The notes: generated by a model from the letters alone, not told the origin. A stretch of DNA of 64,000 nt from an uncultured bacterium (GCA_963749495.1 CAVVMW010000004.1:1-64000); one strand, 5' to 3'; numbered from the stretch's first letter, positions 9,393-21,376 are shown. Made by a program: numbers and translations.

Positions 9393-10994
9393 TTAAATTT
9401 CCCAGCCGGGCCGATATTCACGCGTGAGGAACTTGTTGGCCTCCGGGAGGTTCGTGATCTTCGCGCCGGCGGAATCCCAGAGGAGTCTCCGGCCGCCGAG
9501 CCTCAGTGAGATGGAGGCCAGGTTCACCGCGTCGCAGATCGGGCGGGCCAGCAGGAAATCGCCGTAGCTGGCAGGGCCTCCTTTGAAGGCGGTGACCCAG
9601 GCGGCCTCGCGCGCTGAGGGGCCGCCGCCCCGCCGCCCGCCGGCGCCGGGCTGGCGTGGGGCCGGCTCGGGCAACTGGTTCGCCGCTCGATAGGCGCTCA
9701 TTCTCGCCTCGGGAATCAACTGCGGATTTTCGGCGTGGAAGCCGCCCAGGATCTTTCCCTTGTCGCCGACAAACATCATGCCTTCTTCATCCAGTTCCTT
9801 GTTTTCGGCCAGGAGTTCCTCGGGCACGGCCGGCTTTATGCCACCGTCATACCAGAAGATGTCCAGGGCCGCCCGCTCCCCCTTGGCCGCGAATCTCATC
9901 CGAATCGTGCAGGCGGCGGGGAAAGAGTAGTCGTTCTTGACCCGCAGGCAAACCTGGTCCGAAACCGTGCAGACGTGGCTGGGCGTCGATTCGACGCTGA
10001 CCGGGGATTCCAGGTCCAAGAGCTGAAAAATCGGCCACAGGCTGTAATGTCCCATGTCGGCGATGGACCCGCCGCCGAACTCGTACCAGCCGCGGAAATT
10101 GGTGTGAGTGTAGCTGGGGTGATAGGGGCGATCCAGCGAGGGGCCCAGCCAGAGGGCCCAGTCGAAACCCGCGGGGACGGGAGGCGTGTCGGTCGGGAGG
10201 GTCGGGAACTGGGGCCACATCGGCCGCATCAACCAATTGTGGATCTCCCGAAGCGTTCCAATGGCGCCGTTCTTGACCATGTCCAGGGCCTGTTTCTGGG
10301 TCGCGCCTTCGCTGGCCGGCAGGAAATGCGTGGCGAGCTTCTTCGCGCGGGCGGTCTCGATGACGGCCCGGCCCTCCAGCAGACGATTCGCCAGAGGTTT
10401 GTGCATGAGCACGTTCATTCCCTTTTTCAGGGCCGCAATCGCTATGGTCGCGTGCGTGTGATCCGGCGTCATCACTTTTACCGCAGTCACATCCTTCTCT
10501 TTTTCCAGCAACTCGCGGAAGTCCACGTAAGTGGCGCATCCCTTGAATTGCTCCTTGCCGCGCTGCTTGGCGTAGTAGGTTTCCACGATCTCCTTGCCGA
10601 CATCGCGGCCGCCGGGCGCGTGGTTGAAGCCTTCTCTCCAGGCCGGGTTCTGGAGGAGCCGCCTGATGGCGTTTCGGATCTCGTTTTTGCTCCATTCCAG
10701 GTAATTGACTCCGTCCTTCTCAACGTCGCACATGGCGACGATTTGGACCTCCGGCCTGGCGAGTATGCCGCCGATTTCCCGGATCGCCTGGGTCCCGAAG
10801 CCGATGCAAGCCAGAGTAATTTTCTCGCTGGGCGCGACAAATCCCGGCCCGCCCAGCACATGTCGCGGCACGATGGCGAAGGCGCCGGCCGCGGCGCCGC
10901 CAGTGAGCATGAACTGGCGCCGTGAAAGGCCGCGCGGATGAGATGGGTTGCTGGTTGCGTTCGTGTTTTTGGGCTGTGAATCTCTGCAGTTCAT
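9393..10994 (-). CDS. Tat-exported Gfo/Idh/MocA oxidoreductase
   Basis: SRRQF, ACIGFGTQ, TPDHTH, HKPL, GGGSIADMGHY, REYRPGW. Confidence 0.9.
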   Translation of the reverse strand: MNCRDSQPKNTNATSNPSHPRGLSRRQFMLTGGAAAGAFAIVPRHVLGGPGFVAPSEKITLACIGFGTQAIREIGGILARPEVQIVAMCDVEKDGVNYLEWSKNEIRNAIRRLLQNPAWREGFNHAPGGRDVGKEIVETYYAKQRGKEQFKGCATYVDFRELLEKEKDVTAVKVMTPDHTHATIAIAALKKGMNVLMHKPLANRLLEGRAVIETARAKKLATHFLPASEGATQKQALDMVKNGAIGTLREIHNWLMRPMWPQFPTLPTDTPPVPAGFDWALWLGPSLDRPYHPSYTHTNFRGWYEFGGGSIADMGHYSLWPIFQLLDLESPVSVESTPSHVCTVSDQVCLRVKNDYSFPAACTIRMRFAAKGERAALDIFWYDGGIKPAVPEELLAENKELDEEGMMFVGDKGKILGGFHAENPQLIPEARMSAYRAANQLPEPAPRQPGAGGRRGGGPSAREAAWVTAFKGGPASYGDFLLARPICDAVNLASISLRLGGRRLLWDSAGAKITNLPEANKFLTREYRPGWEI

Positions 10995-11233
10995 ACGAAA
11001 GTTCAGGTGTCGAGCGTTAGCTAGTGCGGCCATTGGCTGTTTAAACGCGTCGCTCTTGGCGCCCTGCAGCGCGGTGCCCGGACTGTGGAAATACGCAACC
11101 ACGCTCGGTCCGACGCCCTCGCCGCCGCCAGGAGCAACGCCGCGGCCGGAGTATGGCGGGGGAGGATGGTGATTGTCAACCAGGGTCCGCGCGGAGAGTC
11201 CGGATTAAAGGCGTCGGGCATGTGCCAGGGAGT

Positions 11234-11428
11234 TTTGTCCCGGAGGGACATCTGACAATAGCCCGGCGTTTCAACGCCGGGGAGGGCACAAAAGGGCCCC
11301 TCGTCCCGAAGGGACGACTGAGAACACCCCTTGCTTTCAGCCGTCCCTTCGGGACGGACCTGCTCCTTGGGTCCGCGCACCCGGCGTTGAAACGCCGGGC
11401 TATTGTCGGAGGCCCCTCCGGGGCAAAA
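11234..11428. repeat. Palindromic element family B (TGTCCCGGAGGGACA...GTCCCTTCGGGAC...)
   Basis: Nested hairpins; related copy at 56000-56256. Confidence 0.8.
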
Positions 11429-11528
11429 AGGTGCCGTGGGCTGGCCGACACGTTTAATCGCACCCCCCCCGCGCGGACGAGGCGTCCGCGCTCCTATCGG
11501 CCTTTAGCCTTTAGCCTTCAGCCTTTGC

Positions 11529-14500
11529 CTACGGCCCGAAGAAGACGCGGCCGCTCTGGTTGGTGATGACGAAGAAGCCCGTCCCGTTGGTCAGGCTGGG
11601 CAGGAGCGCCCCGCTGAAGGCGACGGACTGGAGCGTGAGGGGATGGAGAAAGCTGCCCTGGAACAGGCCCGTGGCGGGGCTCAGGGTCAGGCTCAACCGG
11701 TTGGTGCCCGTCAGGACGGTGACCCTGTTGTCCGGGCCGAGCAAGACCTGGTTGGTGAGGTTTTGGAAAAGGCCGCCATTTTCGAGGACGACCACGCCCT
11801 GGCTGAAGTTGAGGGCGCGCGTCCCGTTGGTGAAGGCATAGGCCGAGCCGATCGAGTCGGTCTGGAATGTGAACCCGCCCGGATAGAGCCAGTGCGCGCG
11901 CGGCAAGGGCGGGCGGAACCAGGTGACGGGGCCGGACAAGGCCGCCAGGTTAGTGCCCGTGAAGGAGACCCAGCCCAGGAGTATCCCGCGGGCCGAACCG
12001 AGCCAGGCAAAGAGCGGCCATTGGCCGGAGCCGGAGACAAAGGTGCTCTGGGTCGCCCGGGTGCCATCAGCCAGCGTCCCGGTGAACTGGAGATTGCCGA
12101 GGGAATCGACCGAGACGCTGCCGAAGCTGTCGCCGCCGGGCGCGGCCATGGAATTGGCGCTTCCGGGCAGGCGCAGGATATACTTCTTGCCTCGTTGCGG
12201 CGCGGGGTTGGCGGTGGAGAAGACGGCGCGATTGGCCAGGATGTCGGCGGTCCAGGTGCCGTCGCTGACCTGGCCGGTGAGGCGGTTGGTCGCGGCCAGA
12301 TCGAGTTGGAGGCGGACCTGCAGGCGCGTGAGGAGGCTGCTGCGCGGGATGGTGCCGTAGAATTGGCCGTTGGTCGTGAACTGCCCCCCAATGGAATAGG
12401 CGATGCCCCCCGGCCGCACGGTCGCGCTGAAGGACCCGTCCTGGTTGACCGTGGCGCTGGCGAAGCCGGAACTCTGGAACTCGAGGTTGTTGGTGTCGAA
12501 GAACAGGCCGGCGTAGCTGCCCTTGGCGGGGAGGAAGGGGTTGGGGACGAAGTTGGCTTCCAGGACCAGGCCGTTGGTCATGACGAAGCTCAGGGCCGGG
12601 CGGCTGTTGGTGACATCGCCGCTCCAGCCCGCAAACAGGAATCCCGGGGCCGGGCTGGCGCTGATGGAATAGGTCTTGCCGATAGCCAGCGACTGGCCGT
12701 TCAAGTTCGGCGAGACGGTGCCCTGGCCGTTGACCACCACTTCGAGACGGGACTGGGCCGCTCCCGCGAAATCCGCCGTCTCGGTGATCGGCCCGTCCAT
12801 CGTCACGCTGGCGGGATTGTTCGTGCCGGTGAAGGCCCCGGTCCCGGCGCCGGTCCAGGCGGCGAAGCTGGCGCCGAAGGCGGGTGTGGCGGTGATCGGC
12901 ACAACCGTGCCGGCATCGTACCAACTGCTGCCCGGGTTGACCCCGCCGCCGGGAGCGGCGTCCATCGTGAGGAAAAACTGGGTGGTGAAGCCGGCCGTGC
13001 AATTGGTGGTGGCGCTGAACGGGAACACCTGGTTGGAGATGAGGCCGCCGTTGCTCCACGAGGTCCAGACAAACCGCGTGCCGGCCGGGCCGTTCTGCGT
13101 GGGAATAGTCGTGAGTCGGTGTCCCGAGCCGAAGACCCAGTTGGTCGTGATGGGCGCGTTGTTGGTGGCGCCGTCCACAACCACCAGCAGGTTGGGCGGC
13201 ACCGTATCAATGGTCACCGCCGCCAGGGCATCGGCAAATTGTATCTTGGCCAGGAACCCGTCGCTGCGGCCGACCAGGTCGGGCTGAAGCGCGTCGAGCA
13301 CTGGGAACTCGCCCGAGAGGGTCTGCCCGGCCACGTAAGCATTGCCGGCGGCATCGACATTGATGGCCAGGCCGAAATCATCGAGCAGCCCGCCGAACAT
13401 CACGGCATAGAGATTGGTGAGCACCTGGTTGGTGACGACCTGCACGAGGGTCCCGCCGGAGGTGAGGCGGATAGTGTTGGTCGTCACGAGCGTGGCCGGG
13501 GCAAACGAGGCGACGAAGACATCGGTGTTCCGGAAATAGTTGGTCTGCGGCAGGAACGGCACATTGGTGGCGGAGAGCGGGGAGACCGGGAAATTGGTCG
13601 AAGTGGTGGTGCCGGCGATGAAGATATTGGTGGTGACCGGGTCCAGGGCGAGGTCCCAGCCCGTCTCCTCGAGGGGGCCGCCGAAGAGGGTGGAGTACCT
13701 GGATGAACGGCACGTTATCGGTTGCCACGATCTTGGTCAGGAAGGCATCGCTATTGATGTAGTAGATATTGGTGCGGCCGCGCGGGATGATGTTGGTGAC
13801 GGCGCTGGGGACGTTCGGGAAATCCAAGGAGTAGGAGGTGCCGGTGATATAGACGGCGCCGGCGGCGTCGAGGCGGATGCGATAGCCGGCGTCGTTGTTG
13901 GTGCCGCCCAGGTAGGCGCAGTAGAGCAGGTTGGAGCCCAGCGGGGCTATCTTGGCCACGAAGGCATCGTAGGTGGGTTGGGCGCCGCCGCGGTATCTGA
14001 GGAAGGCGTTGGTCAAGTCGTTGAGTTGGCCGTAGAGGGGCGCCAGGGCGGCGGTGACGGGGAGATTGGTCGAGGCGGTGTAGCCGGTGACGTAGGCATT
14101 GCCCTCGCTGTCGGCGGCGATGCCCTGGCCCACGTCGAAGTTGGTGCCGCCCAGGTAGGTGGAATAGACCAAGCCCGTCCCACCCGGGGCGAACTTGGTG
14201 ACAAACACGTCGTTGCTCCCGGAGAGGCAGTTATACACCTGGGCAGTGGCAGAGCCGAGCGGGCGGGCGACCAGGGCGTTGGTAGCCGGGAAATTGGTCG
14301 AGTAGGTGTAGCCCGTCACATAAACGAAGTCGGCCGGGTCCAGCGCGATGCCGATGCCCACGTCGCGCTGGCTGCCGCCCAGGTAGGTCGAGAAGACCAG
14401 GCCCGAGCCGTCGCTGGTGAGTTCTGCGACGAAGGCATGGTCGAACGGGACATGGGCTGGTGTGTTGGAGATGATGTCGGGCGGGATGTCCAGCCCCGGC

Positions 14501-16020
14501 ACTCCGCCGGGCGGGATGGAAGGAAAGTTGGTCGAGTCGGTGAAGCCGGTGATGTAGGCATGGCCGGCGCTGTCCAGGGCCAGGTCGAGGGCGCCCTCAT
14601 CGTTTGTGCCCCCAAGGAACGTGAAGAAGATCAGGTTGGTCCCGGTCCGATCGAGCCGGGCGACAAAGGCATCGCCGTTGATCAGGCCGCCGGCGTTGGT
14701 CGATTGGAAGCCACCGGGCGGCAGGTCGAAAGGGAACTGGGACGAGCGCGTCTGGCCCGCGACATACACCGAGCCGTCGCTCGGGCTGACCTTGACCGCC
14801 CAGATGATGTCGTCGCCGTTGCCCCCGAAGTAGGTCGAATAAATCATGGTCGGGTCGATCACCAGCGGCAGCCTGTGATCGTAGGGACCCGGCGCGAAGC
14901 CAACCGTCCCGTCGTCCTTGAGCCGGTAGCCGCCCGAGACCGCCTTGCGCCTGCCCTCGACCATTTGGTAAAGCACCGGCGGGGGCTGGCGGACTTGCTC
15001 GGCCCCCAGGCCCAGGACCAAGCCGCCGGCCTCGTCAAGCGCAACCCGGTCCGGGCCGGTGTAACGGATAGCGATGGCCGCGGGGTCGGCGCCGGGGGCA
15101 ATCGTGAAATCGTACTCCAGGCGCTGCTGGTTGCCGTAATAAACCAGGGTGATGCCAGGATACAAGTCCTGCACCCGCACCCTGGACCAAGTCCCGACCC
15201 CGGTCCGCCACCGCGCCGGGTCGCTGCCCAGCAGGTAGTTGATGGTCCCGGACATGGCCCCCTCGCCGACGGTCCGGGCCTGGGCATTGGCCCCGGCAAA
15301 GTCCATCCAGAAGGCCCGAGCCACCCCGGAAGGCGCCGTGGCAAACCGGGCGCGGTCCGCCGACGCCCGCGCCTCCGCGCCGGCGCTCTTGCACAAGATG
15401 AATTGGGCCCGGGCCGGGGCTATCCTAAATTGGTAATTCCGGCCGCGGGCCTGGAACAGGGCCGGCGCCTCCCCCGGACCGCCCACCGGCTCGAAGGCCA
15501 GCGGCACAGCGCCAAACGAAGACAGGAAAGGCGAGCGGGCGCCAGCCACTGCCGGGGATGGGACCAACAGGGCACAAGCCGCGACAGCGGAGGCGATGTA
15601 GAGCTGATTCCGGACCTTTGTCGCAGCCTTTGTCGGCACCTTTGTCGAAAAATGGGCAATCCGACAAAGGTCCCGACAAAGTTTGCGACAAAGGTCCCGC
15701 ACTCGCCAGGTTCTTGACAGACCGTTGTGATCGGCCGCCCCTTGCCCCTCACCCCGGCCCTCTCCCCATCGGATGGGGAGAGGGAGACCCAAACGACAAA
15801 TGCCGCCATCTCCGACGCGCTGGGCTTCGTGGACCGACCGCCGACGCTCCTCCCTCTCCCCATCCGACGGGGAGAGGGCCGGGGTGAGGGGAAACCCCAG
15901 GGCCAAACTCCGCTGGGCTGGCGCCCCGTTGCCAAAGAGCGCCCGTGCATCCTTGTGGATTGTTGGGGCCGAGACACCAAATCGGGAATCCGACTCGCTT
16001 CTGTGATTGGGCTTCTGCAT
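11529..16020 (-). CDS. Large secreted SBBP-repeat beta-propeller protein with InlB-B-like repeats (frameshift ~13700; start uncertain)
   Basis: LPLVIDP, repeated YSTYLGG...D.G.GIA.D..G..YVTG.T.S.NFP; TATPAFGASFAAWTG. Confidence 0.85.
15613..15697. repeat. Palindromic element family C (CTTTGTCG...CGACAAAG)
   Basis: Copies at 31625-31705, 45864-45935, 53778-53860. Confidence 0.85.
15745..15891. repeat. Inverted REP pair (CCCCTCACCCCGGCCCTCTCCCC...GGGGAGAGGGCCGGGGTGAGGGG)
   Basis: Direct reading. Confidence 0.85.
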
Positions 16021-16050
16021 GGGCTTCGAGGTGGGAGAAAGCGCGTTGGG

Positions 16051-18657
16051 TCAATAATCCCTGGTGAAGCCGACCCCGAACTGGAATTTGCCGGAGCCGC
16101 TGTTGAACTGGTCGTGGTGGATGGGGATGCCGTAATCGAGGCGGATGGGGGCGATGGGCAGGTTGATGCGCAGGCCGACACCCCAGTTGTCGTTGAAGTT
16201 GCTCAAGCTGAAGCTATAGGGCTTTTCGCTGACGTTGCCGATGTCATAGAACAGGGCAAAGCGCAGGCTCAAGCCGTGCTCCTGCTCGATGATGGGGATG
16301 CTGTATTCGGCGGAGCCGAACCAGTAGCTGTCGCCGCCGATGGGTTCGTTCATGCCGGGCTGGCGCGGGCTGATGCTGCGGTATAAGAAGCCGCGCATGG
16401 AGTACATGCCGCCCAGGTAATAACGTTCATAAAAGGGCACATCGCCCGAGTCCAGGGAGTCGGCCGTGCCGACGTGGCCCACGATCTCCAGCACGTGTCC
16501 CGGGGCGAATCCCTTGAAATACCAGTCCGAGGTCAGCTCCAGCTTGTAGAACTCCTTGTCGAAGCCGAGCGGCCCGCCGACGAACGTGGCGGCCAGGCTG
16601 GTCCGCTGGCCCTTGTTGGGGAGCGCGCCGCCGCCCCGGGTGTCGTAGGCCAGCGAGGTGCCGACCTTCGAGAGCACGTGGTAGCCGGTTTCCTCGTAGA
16701 TGGCCTCGGGGATGTTCGGCGCGACCGCCCCGCCCGGGCCGCTGCCCGGCAAAGTGCCCGGCATCGAGCCCAGCGAGTAGGAGCCGCCCGGACCGCCGCC
16801 GGGCGAGGCCCCGCCCGGAAGCGTGCCGCGGTCGCCCGAGGAACCGGGAGAGAGCGGCACGGCGGGGCTGCCCTGGTTGACCCATCCGTGGAAAGGAGGG
16901 TTCAACACGATGCCGACGTCCTCGAGCGTGTAGCTCACGCTGCCGATGATGAAATCGTTGTTGAGGAGGGTGCGGGAGAGGCTCACGCGCCCGCCGGCAC
17001 GGACCTCGTCATAGATGTTGTTGAGGCTTTGGTAAGCCAGGTCGCGGTAGTAAATGTCGGTGCCCAGGGTGAGCTTGCGTCCGAGGAACCAGGGCTCGAT
17101 GAACGACAAGACATAATCCTGCAGCAAGAGGCCGACCGAGACGTGCAGGCGGAGCTTCTGGCCGGCGCCGGTAAAGTAGGGAGGATTGAACAGGTCGAAG
17201 TTGCCCTGGTAGTACTCGGCAAAGCCCACCAGGGCGTCTATAGAACTGTAGCCCGCCCCCACGGTGACGTGGCCGGTCTTGCCCTCGTCGACGGCGATGA
17301 CGAGGTTCTTCATATTGGGCATCTCGGTCGCCTCGGGGCGGGCATCGACCTTCGAGAAGTACTGCATGTTCTCCAGGCGCGTCTTGCTGCGCTTGACGCG
17401 CACCATGTCGAAGACCTCGCCCGGCGCCACCGACAGTTCGCGGCGGATGACCTTGTCCTTGGTGACCGTGTTGCCGCGGATTTCGATGCCCTCGATGGTC
17501 GATTGCTGGCCCTCGTTGATCTGGAACTCGAGGTCCATGGTGCCGCTCTCGGTGTTGGGGATGCGCGTGACCTTGAGATTGGTCGGACTGGTCACGTCAA
17601 TATAGCCCCTGGAGCCGTAGAAGTCCTCGACCGCCTCGACGTCTTTGGCGAAGTCCTTGGGCTTGAAGATGTTGCCCACGTCCATGGGCAGGCCGTTGGG
17701 GCCGATCTGGCCTTTGCCGCCCTTGGACTGGTGGAGGGCGCGCAGGCCGGCCACAATGACCGGCGTGCTGAAGAGCTTGTTGCCGGTGAACTTGATCGAG
17801 CCGACGCGGTACTGCCGGCCCTCATAGACCGCCAGCCGCACCACCATCGTCCGGGGCGTCGGGTTGAGAAACTGCACGTCCTTGATCTCGAAATCGATAT
17901 AGCCGTGGTCGTGGTAGAACTCCGCCAGCCGGTCCTTGTCGTCCTCGAACTCGTCGTCCTTGAGGAAGCCGTGGCTGGTGATCCAGGAGAGCATCCAGTG
18001 GCGGCGGGTCTTTTTGAAGGCCCCGCCGGCGACCAGGAACCCGCCGCGCAGCTTGCGCTGGCTGAAGGCCTTGGCCCCGGCGAACTGGATGTCCACGATC
18101 TTGACCTTGGGGCTCTCGGTGATGTCGAAGATGGCGGTGGCGCGCCCGGCCTCCTCCTCGATTTTGAAGGTGTACCTGACCAGGGTGCGCGGGTAGCCGG
18201 CCTTCTGATAGAGCTTGAGGATCTCCTGGGTGTCGTTGAAGAGCTTGCGCTCGTCCATCGGTTCGCCGACCTTCGAGGTGACCTTTTTGGAGAGTTTGGC
18301 CACGCTGTATCTCTTGTTCCCCTCGTAGCGGATATCGACCAGGCGCGGCTTGGCCTGGACGATATAAGTGATGACCACCCAGCCCGGCTGGGTGGCGGGG
18401 GCGGCGCTCACGCGGATGTCCTGGAAGAACCCGGTCGCGTAGAGGTTGTGAATGTCGTCGCTGGAGGCGGCGCGCAGGTAAGTGTCGCCCTTCTTGACGC
18501 GGATGTGGGCGCGGATGAGTTCGTCGCTGACGGTGGCGGGTCCGACGTGTTGGATTTTGACATCGGCAACTTTGTCGGAGGCCAATTGCGCCGGGGCCGA
18601 GGGCAGCCAGGCGCAGAGCAGGAGCAGCAGGCAAAGTCGTAGCGAGGGTTTTATCAT
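16051..18657 (-). CDS. bamA: Outer membrane protein assembly factor BamA
   Basis: Signal peptide, POTRA repeats (LYATGFF, GNTVTKDKVIRREL), GGMYSMRGF, IRLDYG...FQFGVG. Confidence 0.93.
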   Translation of the reverse strand: MIKPSLRLCLLLLLCAWLPSAPAQLASDKVADVKIQHVGPATVSDELIRAHIRVKKGDTYLRAASSDDIHNLYATGFFQDIRVSAAPATQPGWVVITYIVQAKPRLVDIRYEGNKRYSVAKLSKKVTSKVGEPMDERKLFNDTQEILKLYQKAGYPRTLVRYTFKIEEEAGRATAIFDITESPKVKIVDIQFAGAKAFSQRKLRGGFLVAGGAFKKTRRHWMLSWITSHGFLKDDEFEDDKDRLAEFYHDHGYIDFEIKDVQFLNPTPRTMVVRLAVYEGRQYRVGSIKFTGNKLFSTPVIVAGLRALHQSKGGKGQIGPNGLPMDVGNIFKPKDFAKDVEAVEDFYGSRGYIDVTSPTNLKVTRIPNTESGTMDLEFQINEGQQSTIEGIEIRGNTVTKDKVIRRELSVAPGEVFDMVRVKRSKTRLENMQYFSKVDARPEATEMPNMKNLVIAVDEGKTGHVTVGAGYSSIDALVGFAEYYQGNFDLFNPPYFTGAGQKLRLHVSVGLLLQDYVLSFIEPWFLGRKLTLGTDIYYRDLAYQSLNNIYDEVRAGGRVSLSRTLLNNDFIIGSVSYTLEDVGIVLNPPFHGWVNQGSPAVPLSPGSSGDRGTLPGGASPGGGPGGSYSLGSMPGTLPGSGPGGAVAPNIPEAIYEETGYHVLSKVGTSLAYDTRGGGALPNKGQRTSLAATFVGGPLGFDKEFYKLELTSDWYFKGFAPGHVLEIVGHVGTADSLDSGDVPFYERYYLGGMYSMRGFLYRSISPRQPGMNEPIGGDSYWFGSAEYSIPIIEQEHGLSLRFALFYDIGNVSEKPYSFSLSNFNDNWGVGLRINLPIAPIRLDYGIPIHHDQFNSGSGKFQFGVGFTRDY

Positions 18658-18668
18658 CCAGGTCGTCG

Positions 18669-20132
18669 TCAGTTTGGCACGTCTTCTTCGCTCACTTTGG
18701 CTGCGCTTTCAAATCGGGTATAGGGCCGCAGGAACGTCAGCGGGACATCCCCGGTCGGCCCATTGCGTTGTTTGGCAATCAGGAGGTTGACCGGCGCGGC
18801 TTCGTCTTCCCCGCCCGGCCCGCCCCCGCTTTCATCATCATCATTGCTTGGTTTGTACAACAGACCCACGACATCGGCATCCTGTTCAATGGCGCCTGAT
18901 TCCCGCAAGTCCGAGAGCCGCGGTTTGCGGTTCTTTTCCCGCTCCATTTCGCGGTTCAACTGGCTGAGCACGATCACCGGCACGTTCAACTCCTTGGCCA
19001 GGGACTTGATGCCGCTGGAGATGTCGGCTATCTCCTGCTGCCGGTTCTCTGCGCGTCGCGCAGTAGAATGGAGGAGTTGCAGGTAGTCAACCACGAAAAG
19101 CTTGACCCCGTGCTGCTGGTGCATCCGCCGGGCCTTGGCGCGCAACTGCAAAATGGAGAGCCCCGACGAGTCATCGATGAACAAGGGCGCCCCCGCCAGC
19201 CGGCCAGCCGCCCCCGTGAGCTTGGGAAAATCGCGTTCCGCCAGGAAGCCCTCGCGCACGTTGCGCAGGTTCACCCTCGAATGCGAGCAGAGCATGCGCA
19301 GCACCAGCGATTCGGAGGTCATCTCCAGGCTGAACACCCCCACCGGCAGGCGCAACTGGATGGCCACGTGCTCCGCGATGTTCATCGCCAATGAGGTCTT
19401 GCCCATGCTCGGCCGGGCGGCGATGACGATCATCTCCCCGCCGTGCAGCCCGCTGGTCAGCTTGTCCAGGTCCGCGAACCCGGTGCCCACACCGGTCAGC
19501 GCCCCCTGGCGCTGGTGAAAACCCTCGATCGTGCCGATGGCCTTCTTGACCAACTCCTTGATCGTGGCCGTCTGCCCCTGCACCCGCGATTCGCTGATCC
19601 GCAGGATGTCCCGCTCCACCTCGTCCAGCAGCGCGTCCACCTCCCCTTCGTAATCATAGACCCGGCCCACCACCTCGGTGCAGGCGGCTATCATCCGCCG
19701 CAGCAGATACTTCTCCTGCACTATGTCCGCGTAGTAACTCAGGTTCGCCGCCGAGGGGACCGTGTCCGGCAAGGTCGAAAGATACGCAATGCCGCCCACC
19801 TCCTCCAGGAGTTGCACGTTCTTGAGCCGCTGCTGCAAGGTGATCAAATCAATCGCCTCTCGCCCGTCGTACATTTGCGCCAGCGCCCCGAAGATCGTCT
19901 GGTGTCTGAGGTCGTAGAAGACCTCCGCCCCCGCCTTGAATCGCTCGATGCACACCCCCATGCACTCGTTGGGCGAGAGCAGAATGCACCCCAGCACGCC
20001 CTGCTCCGCCTCAGGCGAGTGCGGCGGAAGCCGATCCACCTGCCCCGCCTGGGCGGGCGCCGCTGCGGGCCGCCGGCTCCCGCGCTTCCGTTCCGGCGCC
20101 GCCCCACGTTCATCCGAGGCCGAATCAATCAT
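18669..20132 (-). CDS. dnaB: Replicative DNA helicase
   Basis: PPHSPEAEQGVLG, AARPSMGKT, VDYLQL, LSQLNR, DLRESGAIEQDAD, KQRNGPTG. Confidence 0.97.
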   Translation of the reverse strand: MIDSASDERGAAPERKRGSRRPAAAPAQAGQVDRLPPHSPEAEQGVLGCILLSPNECMGVCIERFKAGAEVFYDLRHQTIFGALAQMYDGREAIDLITLQQRLKNVQLLEEVGGIAYLSTLPDTVPSAANLSYYADIVQEKYLLRRMIAACTEVVGRVYDYEGEVDALLDEVERDILRISESRVQGQTATIKELVKKAIGTIEGFHQRQGALTGVGTGFADLDKLTSGLHGGEMIVIAARPSMGKTSLAMNIAEHVAIQLRLPVGVFSLEMTSESLVLRMLCSHSRVNLRNVREGFLAERDFPKLTGAAGRLAGAPLFIDDSSGLSILQLRAKARRMHQQHGVKLFVVDYLQLLHSTARRAENRQQEIADISSGIKSLAKELNVPVIVLSQLNREMEREKNRKPRLSDLRESGAIEQDADVVGLLYKPSNDDDESGGGPGGEDEAAPVNLLIAKQRNGPTGDVPLTFLRPYTRFESAAKVSEEDVPN

Positions 20133-20508
20133 GCCTCCACATCACGATATTTTTGAGCTTGGAGCAAACGGGAATTATTCGCCCCCAGTCACCGACAATT
20201 CGCAAAGTTGTGCACAGAAGTCGAGAGCCGTCCCTTTTGTCGCTTCCGTCCCCTCCGCAAGGGACCAAAGGGACGAAAGCGACAAAAGGGACGAAAGGGA
20301 CGCCGACGCGTGAGGATCACGCAAAATGCGTGAAAATCACGCACCTCCGAGGACTCCACCCACGCATTTCCCCCATTTTTCCCTATGTTTGATGAATGGC
20401 ATTGTCAATGCTCTAGCCCAAGTGTAAAATCCGGTTGACAGTGTGGACGGTTGCCTTAAAGTTCGAGCACTGTCTGCCAGTAAAACAAAAAAGAACCAGC
20501 GAAGTTTT

Positions 20509-21333
20509 ATGAAGAATCAACGCAAGAAGATCGGGGCGTTCACGCTCATTGAATTGTTAGTCGTCATCGCCATCATCGCCATTTTGGCGGCCATGTTACT
20601 GCCCGCGCTGGCCCGCGCCAAGGCGCGCGCTCAACGCAGCAGTTGCGCCAACAACTTGAAGGAAATCGGCATCGCCTTCAAGACGTGGGCCCTGGACAAC
20701 CAGGACCAATACCCCATGACGGTGCCCGAAGCCAGCGGCGGCCCGCCCAATCAGGCCGCGCTCATGACCGCTAACAATGCCGGGTTCACCTACCAGATCT
20801 TCGGGGTCATGTCCAACGAGTTGAGCACCGCCCGCATCCTGGCTTGCCCCTCGGATTCGGACACGGTCACGCACACCAACCTGCTCCTGCCTCTGGACAC
20901 CCAGAATGCCATCAACAACACGCTGGTAACCGGCACCGGCAACCAATTCAGCCTCTGCAATCTCAACGTCTCCTATTTCATCGGCCGGGACGCCACCGAG
21001 AATAATCCGCAGATGCTCCTGTCCGGCGACCGCAACATCTACGGCAGCGGCGCCACGGCCAGCCAGTCCTTGTATGACCCGACCCTCAATAGCGGCTACG
21101 GCAACTCCACCCACTACGGCGGCGCCAACCCCAAAGGCGCGGCCGTCTCCATGGGCACCAACTTCATCGCCACCGCCGTCTCTCCGCGCTGGACCGACAA
21201 GGTCCACCAGGCCCAGGGCAACCTCCTGCTCGCCGACAGCAGCGTGCAGCAGGTCAGCAACTCCAAGCTCCGCGACCAACTCCGCAACACCGGCGACACC
21301 AGCACCCCGGTCAACGTCCTTTTCTTCCCATAA
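20509..21333 (+). CDS. Prepilin-type N-terminal cleavage/methylation domain protein (H-X9-DG-like)
   Basis: [52 protein letters not shown]. Confidence 0.9.
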   Translation: MKNQRKKIGAFTLIELLVVIAIIAILAAMLLPALARAKARAQRSSCANNLKEIGIAFKTWALDNQDQYPMTVPEASGGPPNQAALMTANNAGFTYQIFGVMSNELSTARILACPSDSDTVTHTNLLLPLDTQNAINNTLVTGTGNQFSLCNLNVSYFIGRDATENNPQMLLSGDRNIYGSGATASQSLYDPTLNSGYGNSTHYGGANPKGAAVSMGTNFIATAVSPRWTDKVHQAQGNLLLADSSVQQVSNSKLRDQLRNTGDTSTPVNVLFFP

Positions 21334-21376
21334 CCGACGGCTCGCCTCCTCAACAAGCCAAAACCTAAATCTGAAC

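Noticed and set aside
1849..18642. Long opposite-strand ORFs (e.g. 1849-3705, 11643-13706, 13540-15717, 16474-18642)
   Set aside because: Shadow ORFs of GC-rich real genes; no recognisable motifs
20230..20305. GGGACGAAA-type repeats between dnaB and the prepilin gene as replication-origin iterons
   Set aside because: No DnaA-box cluster or AT-rich unwinding element seen; resembles the other short palindromic repeats
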